A program made the translations under genes and the position numbers. A DNA stretch of 64,000 nucleotides, from the NCBI RefSeq assembly GCF_003334335.1, contig NZ_QOWQ01000014.1. The stretch is one strand, 5' to 3'. Shown in pieces: positions 20,510 to 35,251 of the stretch. The notes under the pieces are model-generated. The model was not told where the DNA came from and ran no database searches. It saw nothing but the letters and a program-made list of their open reading frames with translations. Source of the DNA: Escherichia coli. Lineage in GTDB: Bacteria; Pseudomonadota; Gammaproteobacteria; Enterobacterales; Enterobacteriaceae. Numbering within the stretch: the first letter of the stretch is position 1; the number at the start of each line of letters is the position of its first letter.

Positions 20510-20932
20510 CTAACGCCGATCGAGAGAAATTGCCCCCGGCCCGGTAATTGCCAATAGCAAGAACGCGCCAGCGATACTGACATTCTTCCAGAAATTAATC
20601 ATATTTGGCCCAACCGCATCGCCGGTCATATCCCAGTAATGGTGACCAATCACCGCCGTACCCAGCGTGTAGAAAATAAACAGCACCGCCAGCGGACGGG
20701 TGAAAAAGCCAAGCACGATTAATATCGCGGCGGGCACTTCCATAACTACCGCAATAATCGCTGCCAGCATCGGCATTGGCGCGCCCAACGAGGCCATATA
20801 TTGGACCGTACCGTCAAAGCCCATCATTTTGGGAAAACCAAAAATAATGAAAATTAAGACCACGGCGATACGGGCAATTAATAACAAAACGGGGCGGGCA
20901 GCTCCAAAATCAAAATAACGTAGTGTGTTCAT
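20510..20932 (-). CDS. yphA: DoxX-family inner membrane protein
   Basis: ORF track 20510..21004 (-); start taken at the internal ATG 20930-20932 (MNTLRYFDF..., 140 aa); four predicted TM helices. Confidence 0.8.
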
Positions 20933-21028
20933 AACCAATCCCTTTGCAAGATAATGTGATTTAAACGTAATACACACTCTTGCACCTCGCCACGCCCCAG
21001 GCATTGAGATATTCGCTAATTATCCTGG

Positions 21029-22240
<1,212 letters not shown>

Positions 22241-23053
22241 TTAAAGATCCAGCCCAGCCGCTACGTGGCGAATGCCGCGAATCGCTAAACCCGCATCAGC
22301 GTTGATCATCACACCGCTTAATGCGCGATTATTGCGCCGCGATGTCAACATCACATACGGCCCCGTAAAATCCGCCGGTTGCGGGAAAAATTGCAGCGGT
22401 AAAATGGCGGCAATTTTCTCCGGCGTCAGAGACTGCATTATCGAGGTTTCACTTTGCCCGAGCGCCTGTGGGCCGCGCAGGTCGCTGGCCATACCACACG
22501 GGCCGACGCCATTCACCCGCACTTTCGGTGCCAGTTCATAAGCCAGTTGGCGAATAAGTCCGGTTGCGGCATGTTTACTGGCGGTGTACAGCGGGCCACC
22601 GCCGCCAGGATACCAGGCGGCATTTGACAGTGTGAAAATCATGCTGCCTTCACTGGCGATTAACGCCGGAGCGCAGGCTTTTGCGCCCAGCAGGTAACCG
22701 AGAACATTGACGTTAAACAGCTCGTGGAAGCCGGTTTCGAGCGTCTCTGCGGGAGTATTAACCAGTGAGGCATTGTGATCCCAGATGCCTGCATTGCCGA
22801 TAAAACAATCCAGCTTGCCGGAACGAGTCAGGATCTGATCGACCGCGCGTTGATAATCGGCATAACAGGTCACGTTACCTTCCACCGCCAGAATATGTTC
22901 GCCAAATCGCTGACGCAGACTGGCGACTTTTGCCGCCGACAGTTCCAGCGTGGCAACCTGCGCGCCTTCTTCGATAAATCGCTCGACCAGCGCCAGCCCT
23001 AATCCCGATCCGCCGCCGGTAATAAAAATGGACTCGTTATGCAGATCGCTCAT
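22241..23053 (-). CDS. hcaB: cis-dihydrodiol dehydrogenase (short-chain dehydrogenase family)
   Basis: SDR motifs TGGGSGLG and YTASK; overlaps hcaC by 4 nt. Confidence 0.9.
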   Translation of the reverse strand: MSDLHNESIFITGGGSGLGLALVERFIEEGAQVATLELSAAKVASLRQRFGEHILAVEGNVTCYADYQRAVDQILTRSGKLDCFIGNAGIWDHNASLVNTPAETLETGFHELFNVNVLGYLLGAKACAPALIASEGSMIFTLSNAAWYPGGGGPLYTASKHAATGLIRQLAYELAPKVRVNGVGPCGMASDLRGPQALGQSETSIMQSLTPEKIAAILPLQFFPQPADFTGPYVMLTSRRNNRALSGVMINADAGLAIRGIRHVAAGLDL

Positions 23054-23369
23054 GGCTGCGCCTCCGGTAAGTCGATGAAAATGTCACCACCTTCAACGTG
23101 TACTGGATAAGTGGTGAGCGGATCGGTGGCGGGCAGGCATAACGCTTTCCCCGTTTTCAGGCAAAAACTGGCGGCGTGTAGCGGGCACTCCACCGTGGCG
23201 TCATCTTCCAGATACCCTTCTGACATTGACGCATTACCATGGCTGCAACGATCGTTAATGGCATAAAACTCGCCGCCAACGTTGAACAGGGCGATGACGG
23301 GCGAGGTATCGATCCGGAGAGCCTCACCCTCCGGCACATCCGCAACGGGACACGCATAAATTCGATTCA

Positions 23370-23370
<1 letters not shown>
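23050..23370 (-). CDS. hcaC: Rieske [2Fe-2S] ferredoxin component
   Basis: [11 protein letters not shown]...CPLHAASF Rieske ligands in a 106-aa product. Confidence 0.9.
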
Positions 23371-25282
<1,912 letters not shown>

Positions 25283-25381
25283 CTATTTTTGTGCCATAAG
25301 GATGTTGCTGGTTGGTTGCTAATATGTGAAATAGTTAATTTCTACCAGCTGAGACGTTTTTTCGATAACAAGGGGAAGGTG

Positions 25382-26272
25382 ATGGAACTACGGCATTTAC
25401 GCTATTTCGTCGCAGTGGCGCAGGCACTGAACTTTACCCGTGCGGCGGAAAAACTGCATACCTCACAGCCTTCGTTAAGCAGCCAGATCCGCGATCTTGA
25501 AAACTGTGTCGGTGTTCCGTTACTGGTGAGGGATAAGCGCAAAGTCGCGTTGACGGCGGCGGGAGAATGTTTTCTCCAGGACGCGCTGGCAATCCTCGAA
25601 CAAGCGGAAAATGCCAAATTACGGGCGCGGAAAATTGTTCAGGAAGACAGACAATTAACCATTGGCTTTGTGCCATCGGCGGAAGTGAATTTACTGCCAA
25701 AAGTATTACCGATGTTTCGTCTCAGACAGCCAGACACCTTGATTGAGCTGGTGAGTTTAATCACCACGCAACAGGAGGAAAAAATTCGCCGTGGTGAACT
25801 CGACGTCGGCTTAATGCGCCATCCTGTTTATAGCCCGGAGATTGATTATCTGGAGCTTTTTGACGAACCATTAGTGGTTGTGTTACCGGTTGATCACCCT
25901 TTAGCACATGAAAAAGAGATCACCGCCGCGCAACTGGATGGCGTGAATTTCGTCAGTACCGATCCGGTGTATTCCGGTTCGCTTGCGCCGATCGTTAAAG
26001 CGTGGTTTGCGCAAGAAAACAGCCAGCCAAATATCGTCCAGGTGGCAACGAATATTCTGGTGACCATGAATCTGGTGGGCATGGGGCTGGGCGTCACTTT
26101 GATACCCGGTTATATGAATAATTTTAATACCGGACAGGTTGTTTTTCGTCCCATTGCCGGAAATGTGCCTTCCATTGCTTTACTGATGGCGTGGAAGAAA
26201 GGGGAGATGAAGCCGGCATTACGCGATTTCATCGCCATTGTGCAGGAACGTTTGGCAAGCGTAACGGCATAA
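25382..26272 (+). CDS. hcaR: LysR-type activator of the hca operon
   Basis: ORF track 25289..26272; start ATG 25382 (MELRHLRYFVAVAQALNFTRAAEKLH...), divergent from hcaE. Confidence 0.9.
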   Translation: MELRHLRYFVAVAQALNFTRAAEKLHTSQPSLSSQIRDLENCVGVPLLVRDKRKVALTAAGECFLQDALAILEQAENAKLRARKIVQEDRQLTIGFVPSAEVNLLPKVLPMFRLRQPDTLIELVSLITTQQEEKIRRGELDVGLMRHPVYSPEIDYLELFDEPLVVVLPVDHPLAHEKEITAAQLDGVNFVSTDPVYSGSLAPIVKAWFAQENSQPNIVQVATNILVTMNLVGMGLGVTLIPGYMNNFNTGQVVFRPIAGNVPSIALLMAWKKGEMKPALRDFIAIVQERLASVTA

Positions 26273-26431
26273 TTACGCATTATTTTTGCAACATGCGTCG
26301 CGGATCTCAGTTTTTTAGTGCTTGTGAACTGGCGTTACAGACATCGGGAAGCAGGCTCGAATATTCTTATTTTTCAACTTGCACCAACATTCGATTAACC
26401 CCAGACTAACGCCTCCTGACGGGAGGGACTC

Positions 26432-27571
26432 ATGGTTTTGCAATCCACGCGCTGGTTGGCGCTCGGCTATTTCACATACTTTTTTAGTTACGGCATTTTT
26501 CTACCTTTCTGGAGCGTCTGGCTTAAAGGGATTGGTTTAACGCCAGAAACCATCGGCCTGTTATTGGGGGCAGGTCTGGTTGCCCGTTTCCTCGGGAGTT
26601 TGCTCATCGCGCCCCGCGTCAGCGATCCTTCCCGCCTGATTTCCGCCTTGCGCGTGCTGGCACTGCTGACACTTCTCTTTGCTGTCGCCTTCTGGGCGGG
26701 GGCGCACGTAGCGTGGCTGATGCTGGTGATGATTGGCTTTAACCTCTTTTTCTCACCACTGGTACCGTTGACCGATGCACTGGCGAATACGTGGCAAAAG
26801 CAGTTCCCGCTTGATTACGGCAAAGTGCGACTGTGGGGCTCGGTGGCGTTTGTCATTGGCTCGGCGCTGACGGGCAAACTGGTCACTATGTTTGATTATC
26901 GGGTGATCCTCGCGCTGTTGACGTTGGGCGTGGCATCCATGCTGCTCGGCTTTCTCATCCGTCCGACGATTCAGCCACAAGGGGCAAGTCGCCAGCAGGA
27001 GAGCACCGGTTGGTCTGCGTGGTTGGCGCTGGTTCGCCAGAACTGGCGCTTTCTGGCCTGCGTTTGTTTATTGCAGGGGGCACATGCGGCCTATTACGGT
27101 TTTAGCGCCATTTACTGGCAGGCAGCTGGCTACTCGGCCTCGGCGGTGGGGTATTTGTGGTCGCTGGGCGTGGTGGCGGAAGTCATTATCTTTGCGCTGA
27201 GTAATAAACTTTTCCGCCGTTGTAGTGCACGCGATATGCTGTTGATCTCGGCGATTTGCGGCGTAGTGCGCTGGGGCATTATGGGAGCAACTACGGCGTT
27301 GCCGTGGTTGATAGTGGTGCAAATTCTGCATTGCGGCACCTTCACGGTCTGCCACCTGGCCGCCATGCGTTATATTGCTGCTCGCCAGGGTAGCGAAGTC
27401 ATCCGTTTACAGGCGGTTTACTCTGCCGTCGCGATGGGCGGCAGTATCGCTATCATGACCGTTTTCGCCGGTTTCCTGTATCAATATCTGGGCCACGGCG
27501 TGTTCTGGGTAATGGCGCTGGTGGCGCTTCCGGCAATGTTTTTGCGCCCGAAAGTTGTTCCCTCATGCTGA
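26432..27571 (+). CDS. hcaT: MFS transporter (probable phenylpropionate permease)
   Basis: 379-aa 12-TM protein; its 3' end overlaps the 3' end of convergent csiE by 9 nt. Confidence 0.9.
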   Translation: MVLQSTRWLALGYFTYFFSYGIFLPFWSVWLKGIGLTPETIGLLLGAGLVARFLGSLLIAPRVSDPSRLISALRVLALLTLLFAVAFWAGAHVAWLMLVMIGFNLFFSPLVPLTDALANTWQKQFPLDYGKVRLWGSVAFVIGSALTGKLVTMFDYRVILALLTLGVASMLLGFLIRPTIQPQGASRQQESTGWSAWLALVRQNWRFLACVCLLQGAHAAYYGFSAIYWQAAGYSASAVGYLWSLGVVAEVIIFALSNKLFRRCSARDMLLISAICGVVRWGIMGATTALPWLIVVQILHCGTFTVCHLAAMRYIAARQGSEVIRLQAVYSAVAMGGSIAIMTVFAGFLYQYLGHGVFWVMALVALPAMFLRPKVVPSC

Positions 27572-28843
27572 TTCGAGCATTTTGCGGATCTGCTCCTGTT
27601 GATGTGTTGTCAGCGTCAGGTCCGTATAGATCAGCGGTGGTGAAAAGAGCGGTAATGGCATGGTATAAGGCGCAATAATCAGTGCCGCGCCACGCGGAGC
27701 GCCTGTCTGCAAAAATGCCTTTACCGACATATGCTTAATGTTGAGCGGCAGTAACGTTAGTTCGCGTAACTGCTGCTCAATCTGCGCTTCTCGCTCGCTA
27801 TCATTCCCGGTAAGAAGAATAATCTGTTTTTCATGCAGATCGTTTTCCTGCATTAGCCAGGCACCGAAAATCACCGCGACCAGACCACTTTCCTCATCAG
27901 AAAGATGGACGCCGTATTCACTTTCAAATCCGGCCAGCGCCGCGCGGGTGGTGCGCACCAGGCGTGGGTACAGTCTGGCGAACTCTTCCGGCAGGGTATT
28001 ATCAATACCGATGGCAAACAAACTGCGATTTAACGCCTGGGCGAGGTGGGTATAAAGCTGATCACATAACCCCTGTTCATCATAAAAACGAACATTTCCC
28101 AGCTCACGAAAATGGTTTACCAGACGTTTGATAGACTGACGCAATTGTCTGTCCCGCTGATGCGCATCCCGCAATGGATCGGGAACCCGCAACATGGAAA
28201 AAAGTAGTGCCATAAACAGTGGCTCATCAGGTGGTACAGGCTGGAGCGCCCGACGCTGCCAGTGGCGTCCAATTTCCTGCGCTACCTGAAATTCAAGGCA
28301 GGATTCCGCCCAGCGACGTTGGAGCGGATTAAACTGAGGCGTAATTCCAGCGTGGTGCTGCAGCAAACAATATTGCAGATACAGACACAGGAAATGAATA
28401 TCGCGCGATTCAAAGCGTTTTTGCAGCCGTCGGGAGCAGAGATTCACTAACGCTTGTAGATTGGTATCGTCGTAAAAGTTACGCGCAATTCCGCGCCGCT
28501 TCAGTTCACTCTTCAGGGCGGGGGTGAATTGGCTGGTAATAAATGACGGACACAGACGGAAACCACGTCGTAGCCAGTGAAATAAACACAAACGTTGGTT
28601 AAGCACTGTACCTTCAACCCGGTAGCTACCGTCATAACCAGTCGTCAGTGTGAGTTGATGATAGCGCAGGATCTCCCGTCCTGTTTCGCTGATATCAAGA
28701 CTGGCAATATCATCATCCACACCATTAAGCTCGCTGAAGGTTGCCATGGTGGCGGTCAACCCCGGCTGAAAGAGCGTCAGCAAGATCTGGCAGCGGCGCT
28801 GGGGAGCCGAAAGGACAGATGGTGGAGCAAGCGTAGGCATCAT
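27563..28843 (-). CDS. csiE: stationary-phase-inducible protein CsiE (PRD-domain protein)
   Basis: ORF track 27563..28864 (-); start taken at the internal ATG 28841-28843 (MMPTLAPP..., 426 aa). Confidence 0.8.
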   Translation of the reverse strand: MMPTLAPPSVLSAPQRRCQILLTLFQPGLTATMATFSELNGVDDDIASLDISETGREILRYHQLTLTTGYDGSYRVEGTVLNQRLCLFHWLRRGFRLCPSFITSQFTPALKSELKRRGIARNFYDDTNLQALVNLCSRRLQKRFESRDIHFLCLYLQYCLLQHHAGITPQFNPLQRRWAESCLEFQVAQEIGRHWQRRALQPVPPDEPLFMALLFSMLRVPDPLRDAHQRDRQLRQSIKRLVNHFRELGNVRFYDEQGLCDQLYTHLAQALNRSLFAIGIDNTLPEEFARLYPRLVRTTRAALAGFESEYGVHLSDEESGLVAVIFGAWLMQENDLHEKQIILLTGNDSEREAQIEQQLRELTLLPLNIKHMSVKAFLQTGAPRGAALIIAPYTMPLPLFSPPLIYTDLTLTTHQQEQIRKMLESA

Positions 28844-29033
28844 CTGTAGATCTCCCATAAGCATAATTGATAAGAATAGCTAAAGTTTGCTCAAGGAAAT
28901 GGCGAAGGGAATGCTAATCATCAGAAATGTTGGCAAGCGTCACAGAATTTTTCTCATCTTAAACTGTTCTGACCAGTGGATTAGCATGTCTTAAGGTGGT
29001 TTTGTGAATGATTATCGTGCTAGCGATCATGGG

Positions 29034-29888
29034 TTAGTTCTGCGGATTCAACGCGCTAAGGATAAAGTCCACCATCTGTTCGCGATAAACATCGCCGTGA
29101 CGATCGGAAAAAGCATCAATGTGTTCGCCATCCGGGATTAGGATCAACCGTTTTGGCTCTTTTGCCAGGCTATACAACTTTTCGCTGTGCTGCCATGGGA
29201 TAACGTGATCAGCTTTACCGTGAATGAGTAAAAGCGGGATCGGGCTGACGCTGGCGATATAATTTTCGCCGCTGTAACTCTCATCAAGTAAGTAGCCACT
29301 GCCGGGGATCATCTGGTTGGCGATGGTTGCATAAGAGGCAAATGTGGAGTCGAGGATCACCGCACGTATGCCTTCACGATCACCCCGACCAATAACATCC
29401 AGAATATTCGCCCCGCCAATACTCTGCCCGAACAGCACCAGACGTTGTGGGTTTACATCACTGCGATGGCGCACCACATTGATGGCACTTTGCGTATCGT
29501 CCAGCAATCCGGCCTGGGACGGCGTGCCTTTTGATTTACCAAACCCGCGATAATCAAACATAAAAACGTTGAAATTACGCTCGGGTAACCAACTGACCAG
29601 CGGCCAGTGGGCGGACATATTTCCGGCATTGCCGTGAGCATGAATGATGGTTGCGATGGCGTTGTCAGCAGGGCCCGTCGAAGAAGGGATAAACCAGCCT
29701 TGCAGACGAGTACCGTCCTTAGCCGTAAATTCGACGGATTCCGCCGACCAGGGATCGGGACCGTAAATTTTATCGTCGGGATAATAGAAGAAGTTGATGG
29801 CAACGCGCGGCACTAAATAAACGCAGAAGGCAACAACAAAGAGAATAAACAGAATTTTGGGAACGCGTTTGTTCACTGGCAGTGCCAT
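29034..29888 (-). CDS. yfhR: alpha/beta-hydrolase family protein (probable peptidase/esterase), membrane-anchored
   Basis: ORF track 29034..29915 (-); start taken at ATG 29886-29888; N-terminal TM anchor, nucleophile elbow GQSIGG. Confidence 0.8.
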   Translation of the reverse strand: MALPVNKRVPKILFILFVVAFCVYLVPRVAINFFYYPDDKIYGPDPWSAESVEFTAKDGTRLQGWFIPSSTGPADNAIATIIHAHGNAGNMSAHWPLVSWLPERNFNVFMFDYRGFGKSKGTPSQAGLLDDTQSAINVVRHRSDVNPQRLVLFGQSIGGANILDVIGRGDREGIRAVILDSTFASYATIANQMIPGSGYLLDESYSGENYIASVSPIPLLLIHGKADHVIPWQHSEKLYSLAKEPKRLILIPDGEHIDAFSDRHGDVYREQMVDFILSALNPQN

Positions 29889-30032
29889 AACCTTTCCTTG
29901 CGACTTCTTTATCATCCATTAATCGGGGAAAGATGGTGGGAGAGTGACGAAAGAAAGTAAAGCAGTGAGGAAGTATTTCGGAATAGCGCCTGAAAGGCGA
30001 GGGCGGGTGAGTGATATCACCCGCCTGAGTCA

Positions 30033-30836
30033 TTAACGCTTCAGAGCGTCGCTTAACTCGTCACGCATGTTCGCCAGCATGGCTTTAACAACGCGCGGGT
30101 TACCAGCAACGATGTTACCGGTCAGCATGTAGTTATGACCACCGGTGAAGTCGCTGACGATGCCGCCCGCTTCACGAACCAGCAGCTCGCCTGCGGCGAA
30201 GTCCCACGGGCGCAGACCGATTTCAAAGAAACCGTCAACACGACCCGCAGCGACGTAAGCCAGATCCAGCGCCGCAGAACCGGTACGACGGAAGTCTGCA
30301 CATTCGTTGAACAGTTTGCCGACGATGTTGATGTAGGTAGTGGCGTACTGTTTTGCTTTGAACGGGAAGCCGGTCGCCAGAATAGTACCGTCGAGATCGC
30401 GAGCGGTGCTGCCGCGCAGTCGGTAGCCGTTCAGCTGTGCGCCCTGACCGCGAGTGGCGGTGAACAGTTCGTTACGCATAGGATCGTATACCACAGCAAC
30501 TTCGGTGCGGCCTTTGATACGAACAGCGATAGATACCGCGAAGTGCGGCAGACGTTTGATAAAGTTGGTAGTGCCATCCAGTGGATCGATAACCCATTGA
30601 ACATCCTGATCAGTACCTTCAAGTTCACCGCTTTCTTCGGTGATGATGGTGTGCTGTGGGTAAGATTTACGAATCGTGTCGATAATCACCGCTTCGGCAG
30701 CTTTATCTACGTTGGTCACGAAATCGTTACTGCCTTTCTGGCTCGCTTCTACAGCGTCCGGGGTTTCATAGTTTTTGGCAATTAAATTACCCGCCTTGCG
30801 CGCTGCGCGCACGGCGATGTTCAGCATCGGATGCAT
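30033..30836 (-). CDS. suhB: inositol monophosphatase family protein SuhB
   Basis: 267-aa product with IMPase motifs (DPLDGT, WDFAAG). Confidence 0.95.
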   Translation of the reverse strand: MHPMLNIAVRAARKAGNLIAKNYETPDAVEASQKGSNDFVTNVDKAAEAVIIDTIRKSYPQHTIITEESGELEGTDQDVQWVIDPLDGTTNFIKRLPHFAVSIAVRIKGRTEVAVVYDPMRNELFTATRGQGAQLNGYRLRGSTARDLDGTILATGFPFKAKQYATTYINIVGKLFNECADFRRTGSAALDLAYVAAGRVDGFFEIGLRPWDFAAGELLVREAGGIVSDFTGGHNYMLTGNIVAGNPRVVKAMLANMRDELSDALKR

Positions 30837-30954
30837 CGGTCTCTCTCACTGGATGTTAAAGAACGGGAAAACGGCGCAGAGTATAGCAGCGAGATCGGCA
30901 TCTGTCTTCGTTTTATGATAAGATGCGTGAATAATCTTTAGATGAAGAAAGACA

Positions 30955-31695
30955 ATGCTGCAAAATATTCGAATTGTGCTGGTGGAGACGTCACACACCG
31001 GCAATATGGGTTCTGTTGCCCGTGCCATGAAAACAATGGGATTAACCAATCTGTGGCTGGTTAATCCACTGGTGAAACCCGACTCCCAGGCGATTGCCCT
31101 GGCAGCAGGGGCCAGCGATGTGATTGGTAATGCTCACATCGTCGATACGCTCGACGAAGCGTTAGCCGGTTGTAGCCTGGTGGTGGGCACCAGCGCACGT
31201 TCCCGCACGCTGCCATGGCCGATGCTCGACCCGCGCGAATGCGGCCTGAAAAGCGTCGCTGAAGCGGCAAATACCCCGGTGGCGCTGGTGTTTGGTCGCG
31301 AGCGCGTCGGCTTGACCAATGAAGAGTTGCAGAAATGCCATTATCATGTCGCGATTGCGGCTAACCCGGAATACAGCTCGCTGAACCTGGCGATGGCGGT
31401 TCAGGTTATTGCCTATGAAGTGCGCATGGCCTGGCTGGCAACTCAGGAAAACGGCGAGCAGGTCGAGCATGAAGAGACGCCGTATCCGCTGGTCGATGAT
31501 CTGGAGCGTTTTTATGGTCATCTGGAACAAACGCTGCTGGCAACCGGTTTTATCCGTGAAAACCATCCGGGGCAGGTGATGAATAAATTGCGCCGTCTGT
31601 TTACCCGTGCGCGCCCGGAAAGCCAGGAGTTGAATATCCTGCGCGGGATTCTGGCTTCTATTGAGCAGCAGAATAAAGGTAACAAGGCCGAATAA
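30955..31695 (+). CDS. trmJ: tRNA (cytidine/uridine-2'-O-)-methyltransferase (SpoU/TrmH family)
   Basis: 246-aa ORF, first gene ahead of iscR; methyltransferase motifs not individually checked. Confidence 0.9.
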
Positions 31696-31880
<185 letters not shown>

Positions 31881-31939
31881 CAGGTACAAACGCCACGATA
31901 AAAAAATGGCACTGAAGGTTAAATACCCGACTAAATCAG

Positions 31940-32030
31940 TCAAGTAAATAGTTGACCAATTTACTCGGGAATGTCAGACTTGACCCTGCTATGCAATACC
32001 CCCACTTTTACAATAAAAAACCCCGGGCAG
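31940..32030 (+). promoter_or_regulatory. iscR promoter / probable IscR autoregulatory operator region
   Basis: Two ttgacc motifs (31952-31957, 31980-31985) and a tacaat -10-like hexamer (32009-32014) in the AT-rich leader; exact sites not resolved. Confidence 0.4.
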
Positions 32031-32055
32031 GGGCGAGTTTGAGGTGAAGTAAGAC

Positions 32056-32544
32056 ATGAGACTGACATCTAAAGGGCGCTATGCCGTGACCGCAATGCTT
32101 GACGTTGCGCTCAACTCTGAAGCGGGCCCGGTACCGTTGGCTGATATTTCCGAACGTCAGGGAATTTCCCTTTCTTATCTGGAACAACTGTTTTCCCGTC
32201 TGCGTAAAAATGGTCTGGTTTCCAGCGTACGTGGACCAGGCGGTGGTTATCTGTTAGGCAAAGATGCCAGCAGCATCGCCGTTGGCGAAGTAATTAGCGC
32301 CGTTGACGAATCTGTAGATGCCACCCGTTGTCAGGGTAAAGGCGGCTGCCAGGGCGGCGATAAATGCCTGACCCACGCGCTGTGGCGTGATTTGAGCGAC
32401 CGTCTCACCGGTTTTCTCAACAACATTACTTTAGGCGAACTGGTTAATAACCAGGAAGTGCTGGATGTGTCTGGTCGTCAGCATACTCACGACGCGCCAC
32501 GCACCCGCACACAAGACGCGATCGACGTTAAGTTACGCGCTTAA
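32056..32544 (+). CDS. iscR: Fe-S cluster-containing Rrf2-family regulator IscR
   Basis: 162-aa product with N-terminal HTH and cluster-ligand cysteines ([13 protein letters not shown]). Confidence 0.95.
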
Positions 32545-32655
32545 TAAAAAGAATTCAGAATCAGGCCGGAGTGCTAAATACTCCGTAAACACGGTCGTAC
32601 ATCCAGCCGGTAGCCTGATTCCTTGCATTGAGTGATGTACGGAGTTTATAGAGCA

Positions 32656-33870
32656 ATGAAATTACCGATTTATCTCGACTACTCCGCAACCACGCCGGTG
32701 GACCCGCGTGTTGCCGAGAAAATGATGCAGTTTATGACGATGGACGGAACCTTTGGTAACCCGGCCTCCCGTTCTCACCGTTTCGGCTGGCAGGCTGAAG
32801 AAGCGGTAGATATCGCCCGTAATCAGATTGCCGATCTGGTCGGCGCTGATCCGCGTGAAATCGTCTTTACCTCTGGTGCAACCGAATCTGACAACCTGGC
32901 GATCAAAGGTGCAGCCAACTTTTATCAGAAAAAAGGCAAGCACATCATCACCAGCAAAACCGAACACAAAGCGGTACTGGATACCTGCCGTCAGCTGGAG
33001 CGCGAAGGTTTTGAAGTCACCTACCTGGCACCGCAGCGTAACGGCATTATCGACCTGAAAGAACTTGAAGCAGCGATGCGTGACGACACCATCCTCGTGT
33101 CCATCATGCACGTAAATAACGAAATCGGCGTGGTGCAGGATATCGCGGCTATCGGCGAAATGTGCCGTGCTCGTGGCATTATCTATCACGTTGATGCAAC
33201 CCAGAGCGTGGGTAAACTGCCTATCGACCTGAGCCAGTTGAAAGTTGACCTGATGTCTTTCTCCGGTCACAAAATCTATGGCCCGAAAGGTATCGGTGCG
33301 CTGTATGTACGTCGTAAACCGCGCGTACGCATCGAAGCGCAAATGCACGGCGGCGGTCACGAGCGCGGTATGCGTTCCGGCACTCTGCCTGTTCACCAGA
33401 TCGTCGGAATGGGCGAGGCCTATCGCATCGCAAAAGAAGAGATGGCGACCGAGATGGAACGTCTGCGCGGCCTGCGTAACCGTCTGTGGAACGGCATCAA
33501 AGATATCGAAGAAGTTTACCTGAACGGTGACCTGGAACACGGTGCGCCGAACATTCTCAACGTCAGCTTCAACTACGTTGAAGGTGAGTCGCTGATTATG
33601 GCGCTGAAAGACCTCGCAGTTTCTTCAGGTTCCGCCTGTACGTCAGCAAGCCTCGAACCGTCCTACGTGCTGCGCGCGCTGGGGCTGAACGACGAGCTGG
33701 CACATAGCTCTATCCGTTTCTCTTTAGGTCGTTTTACTACTGAAGAAGAGATCGACTACACCATCGAGTTAGTTCGTAAATCCATCGGTCGTCTGCGTGA
33801 CCTTTCTCCGCTGTGGGAAATGTACAAGCAGGGCGTGGATCTGAACAGCATCGAATGGGCTCATCATTAA
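32656..33870 (+). CDS. iscS: cysteine desulfurase
   Basis: ORF track 32632..33870; start ATG 32656 ([16 protein letters not shown]...); PLP-lysine motif [12 protein letters not shown] and active-site SSGSACTS. Confidence 0.95.
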
Positions 33871-33897
33871 TCGGTATCGGAATCAGGAGAATTTATA

Positions 33898-34284
33898 ATG
33901 GCTTACAGCGAAAAAGTTATCGACCATTACGAGAATCCGCGTAACGTGGGTTCCTTTGACAACAACGACGAGAACGTCGGCAGCGGCATGGTGGGGGCAC
34001 CGGCCTGTGGCGACGTGATGAAGTTGCAGATTAAAGTCAACGATGAAGGTATCATTGAAGACGCGCGTTTTAAAACTTACGGCTGCGGTTCCGCTATCGC
34101 TTCCAGCTCCCTGGTCACCGAATGGGTGAAAGGGAAGTCTCTCGACGAAGCGCAGGCGATCAAAAACACCGATATTGCTGAAGAACTTGAACTGCCGCCG
34201 GTGAAAATTCACTGTTCTATTCTGGCAGAAGACGCGATCAAAGCCGCCATTGCGGACTATAAAAGCAAACGTGAAGCAAAATAA
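33898..34284 (+). CDS. iscU: Fe-S cluster assembly scaffold
   Basis: 128 aa with the three scaffold cysteines and LPPVK motif. Confidence 0.95.
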   Translation: MAYSEKVIDHYENPRNVGSFDNNDENVGSGMVGAPACGDVMKLQIKVNDEGIIEDARFKTYGCGSAIASSSLVTEWVKGKSLDEAQAIKNTDIAEELELPPVKIHCSILAEDAIKAAIADYKSKREAK

Positions 34285-34300
34285 GAGTTGAGGTTTGGTT

Positions 34301-34624
34301 ATGTCGATTACACTGAGCGACAGTGCAGCAGCGCGAGTAAATACCTTTCTGGCTAACCGCGGTAAAGGGTTTGGCCTGCGTCTGGGCGTGAGAACCTCCG
34401 GGTGTTCAGGTATGGCTTATGTACTGGAATTTGTTGACGAACCGACGCCGGAAGACATCGTGTTTGAAGACAAAGGCGTGAAAGTCGTGGTCGATGGCAA
34501 GAGCCTGCAATTTCTGGACGGTACGCAGCTGGACTTCGTAAAAGAAGGCCTGAACGAAGGGTTTAAATTCACCAACCCGAACGTCAAAGATGAGTGTGGT
34601 TGCGGCGAAAGCTTCCACGTTTGA
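34301..34624 (+). CDS. iscA: A-type Fe-S carrier
   Basis: ORF track 34295..34624; start ATG 34301; C-terminal CGCGESF. Confidence 0.95.
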   Translation: MSITLSDSAAARVNTFLANRGKGFGLRLGVRTSGCSGMAYVLEFVDEPTPEDIVFEDKGVKVVVDGKSLQFLDGTQLDFVKEGLNEGFKFTNPNVKDECGCGESFHV

Positions 34625-34719
34625 TGCGCATACCGATAACCCCACCGTGGTCGCCTGCGCGTGGGGTTTGTTTTACCTGATTCGCCGTTATCGCGGCGGA
34701 TCGCAGCCCTGAGAATGTT

Positions 34720-35235
34720 ATGGATTACTTCACCCTCTTTGGCTTGCCTGCCCGCTATCAACTCGATACCCAGGCGCTGAGCCTGCGTTTTCAGGATCTA
34801 CAACGTCAGTATCATCCTGATAAATTCGCCAGCGGAAGCCAGGCGGAACAACTCGCCGCCGTACAGCAATCTGCAACCATTAACCAGGCCTGGCAAACGC
34901 TGCGTCATCCGTTAATGCGCGCGGAATATTTGCTTTCTTTGCACGGCTTTGATCTCGCCAGCGAGCAGCATACTGTGCGCGACACCGCGTTCCTGATGGA
35001 ACAGTTGGAGCTGCGCGAAGAGCTGGACGAGATCGAACAGGCGAAAGATGAAGCGCGGCTGGAAAGCTTTATCAAACGTGTGAAAAAGATGTTTGATACC
35101 CGCCATCAGTTGATGGTTGAACAGTTAGACAACGAGACGTGGGACGCGGCGGCGGATACCGTGCGTAAGCTGCGTTTTCTCGATAAACTGCGAAGCAGTG
35201 CCGAACAACTCGAAGAAAAACTGCTCGATTTTTAA
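34720..35235 (+). CDS. hscB: J-domain co-chaperone for Fe-S assembly
   Basis: 171 aa with HPD tripeptide (QRQYHPDKF). Confidence 0.95.
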
Positions 35236-35251
35236 TTTCTGGAAGCTAAAC

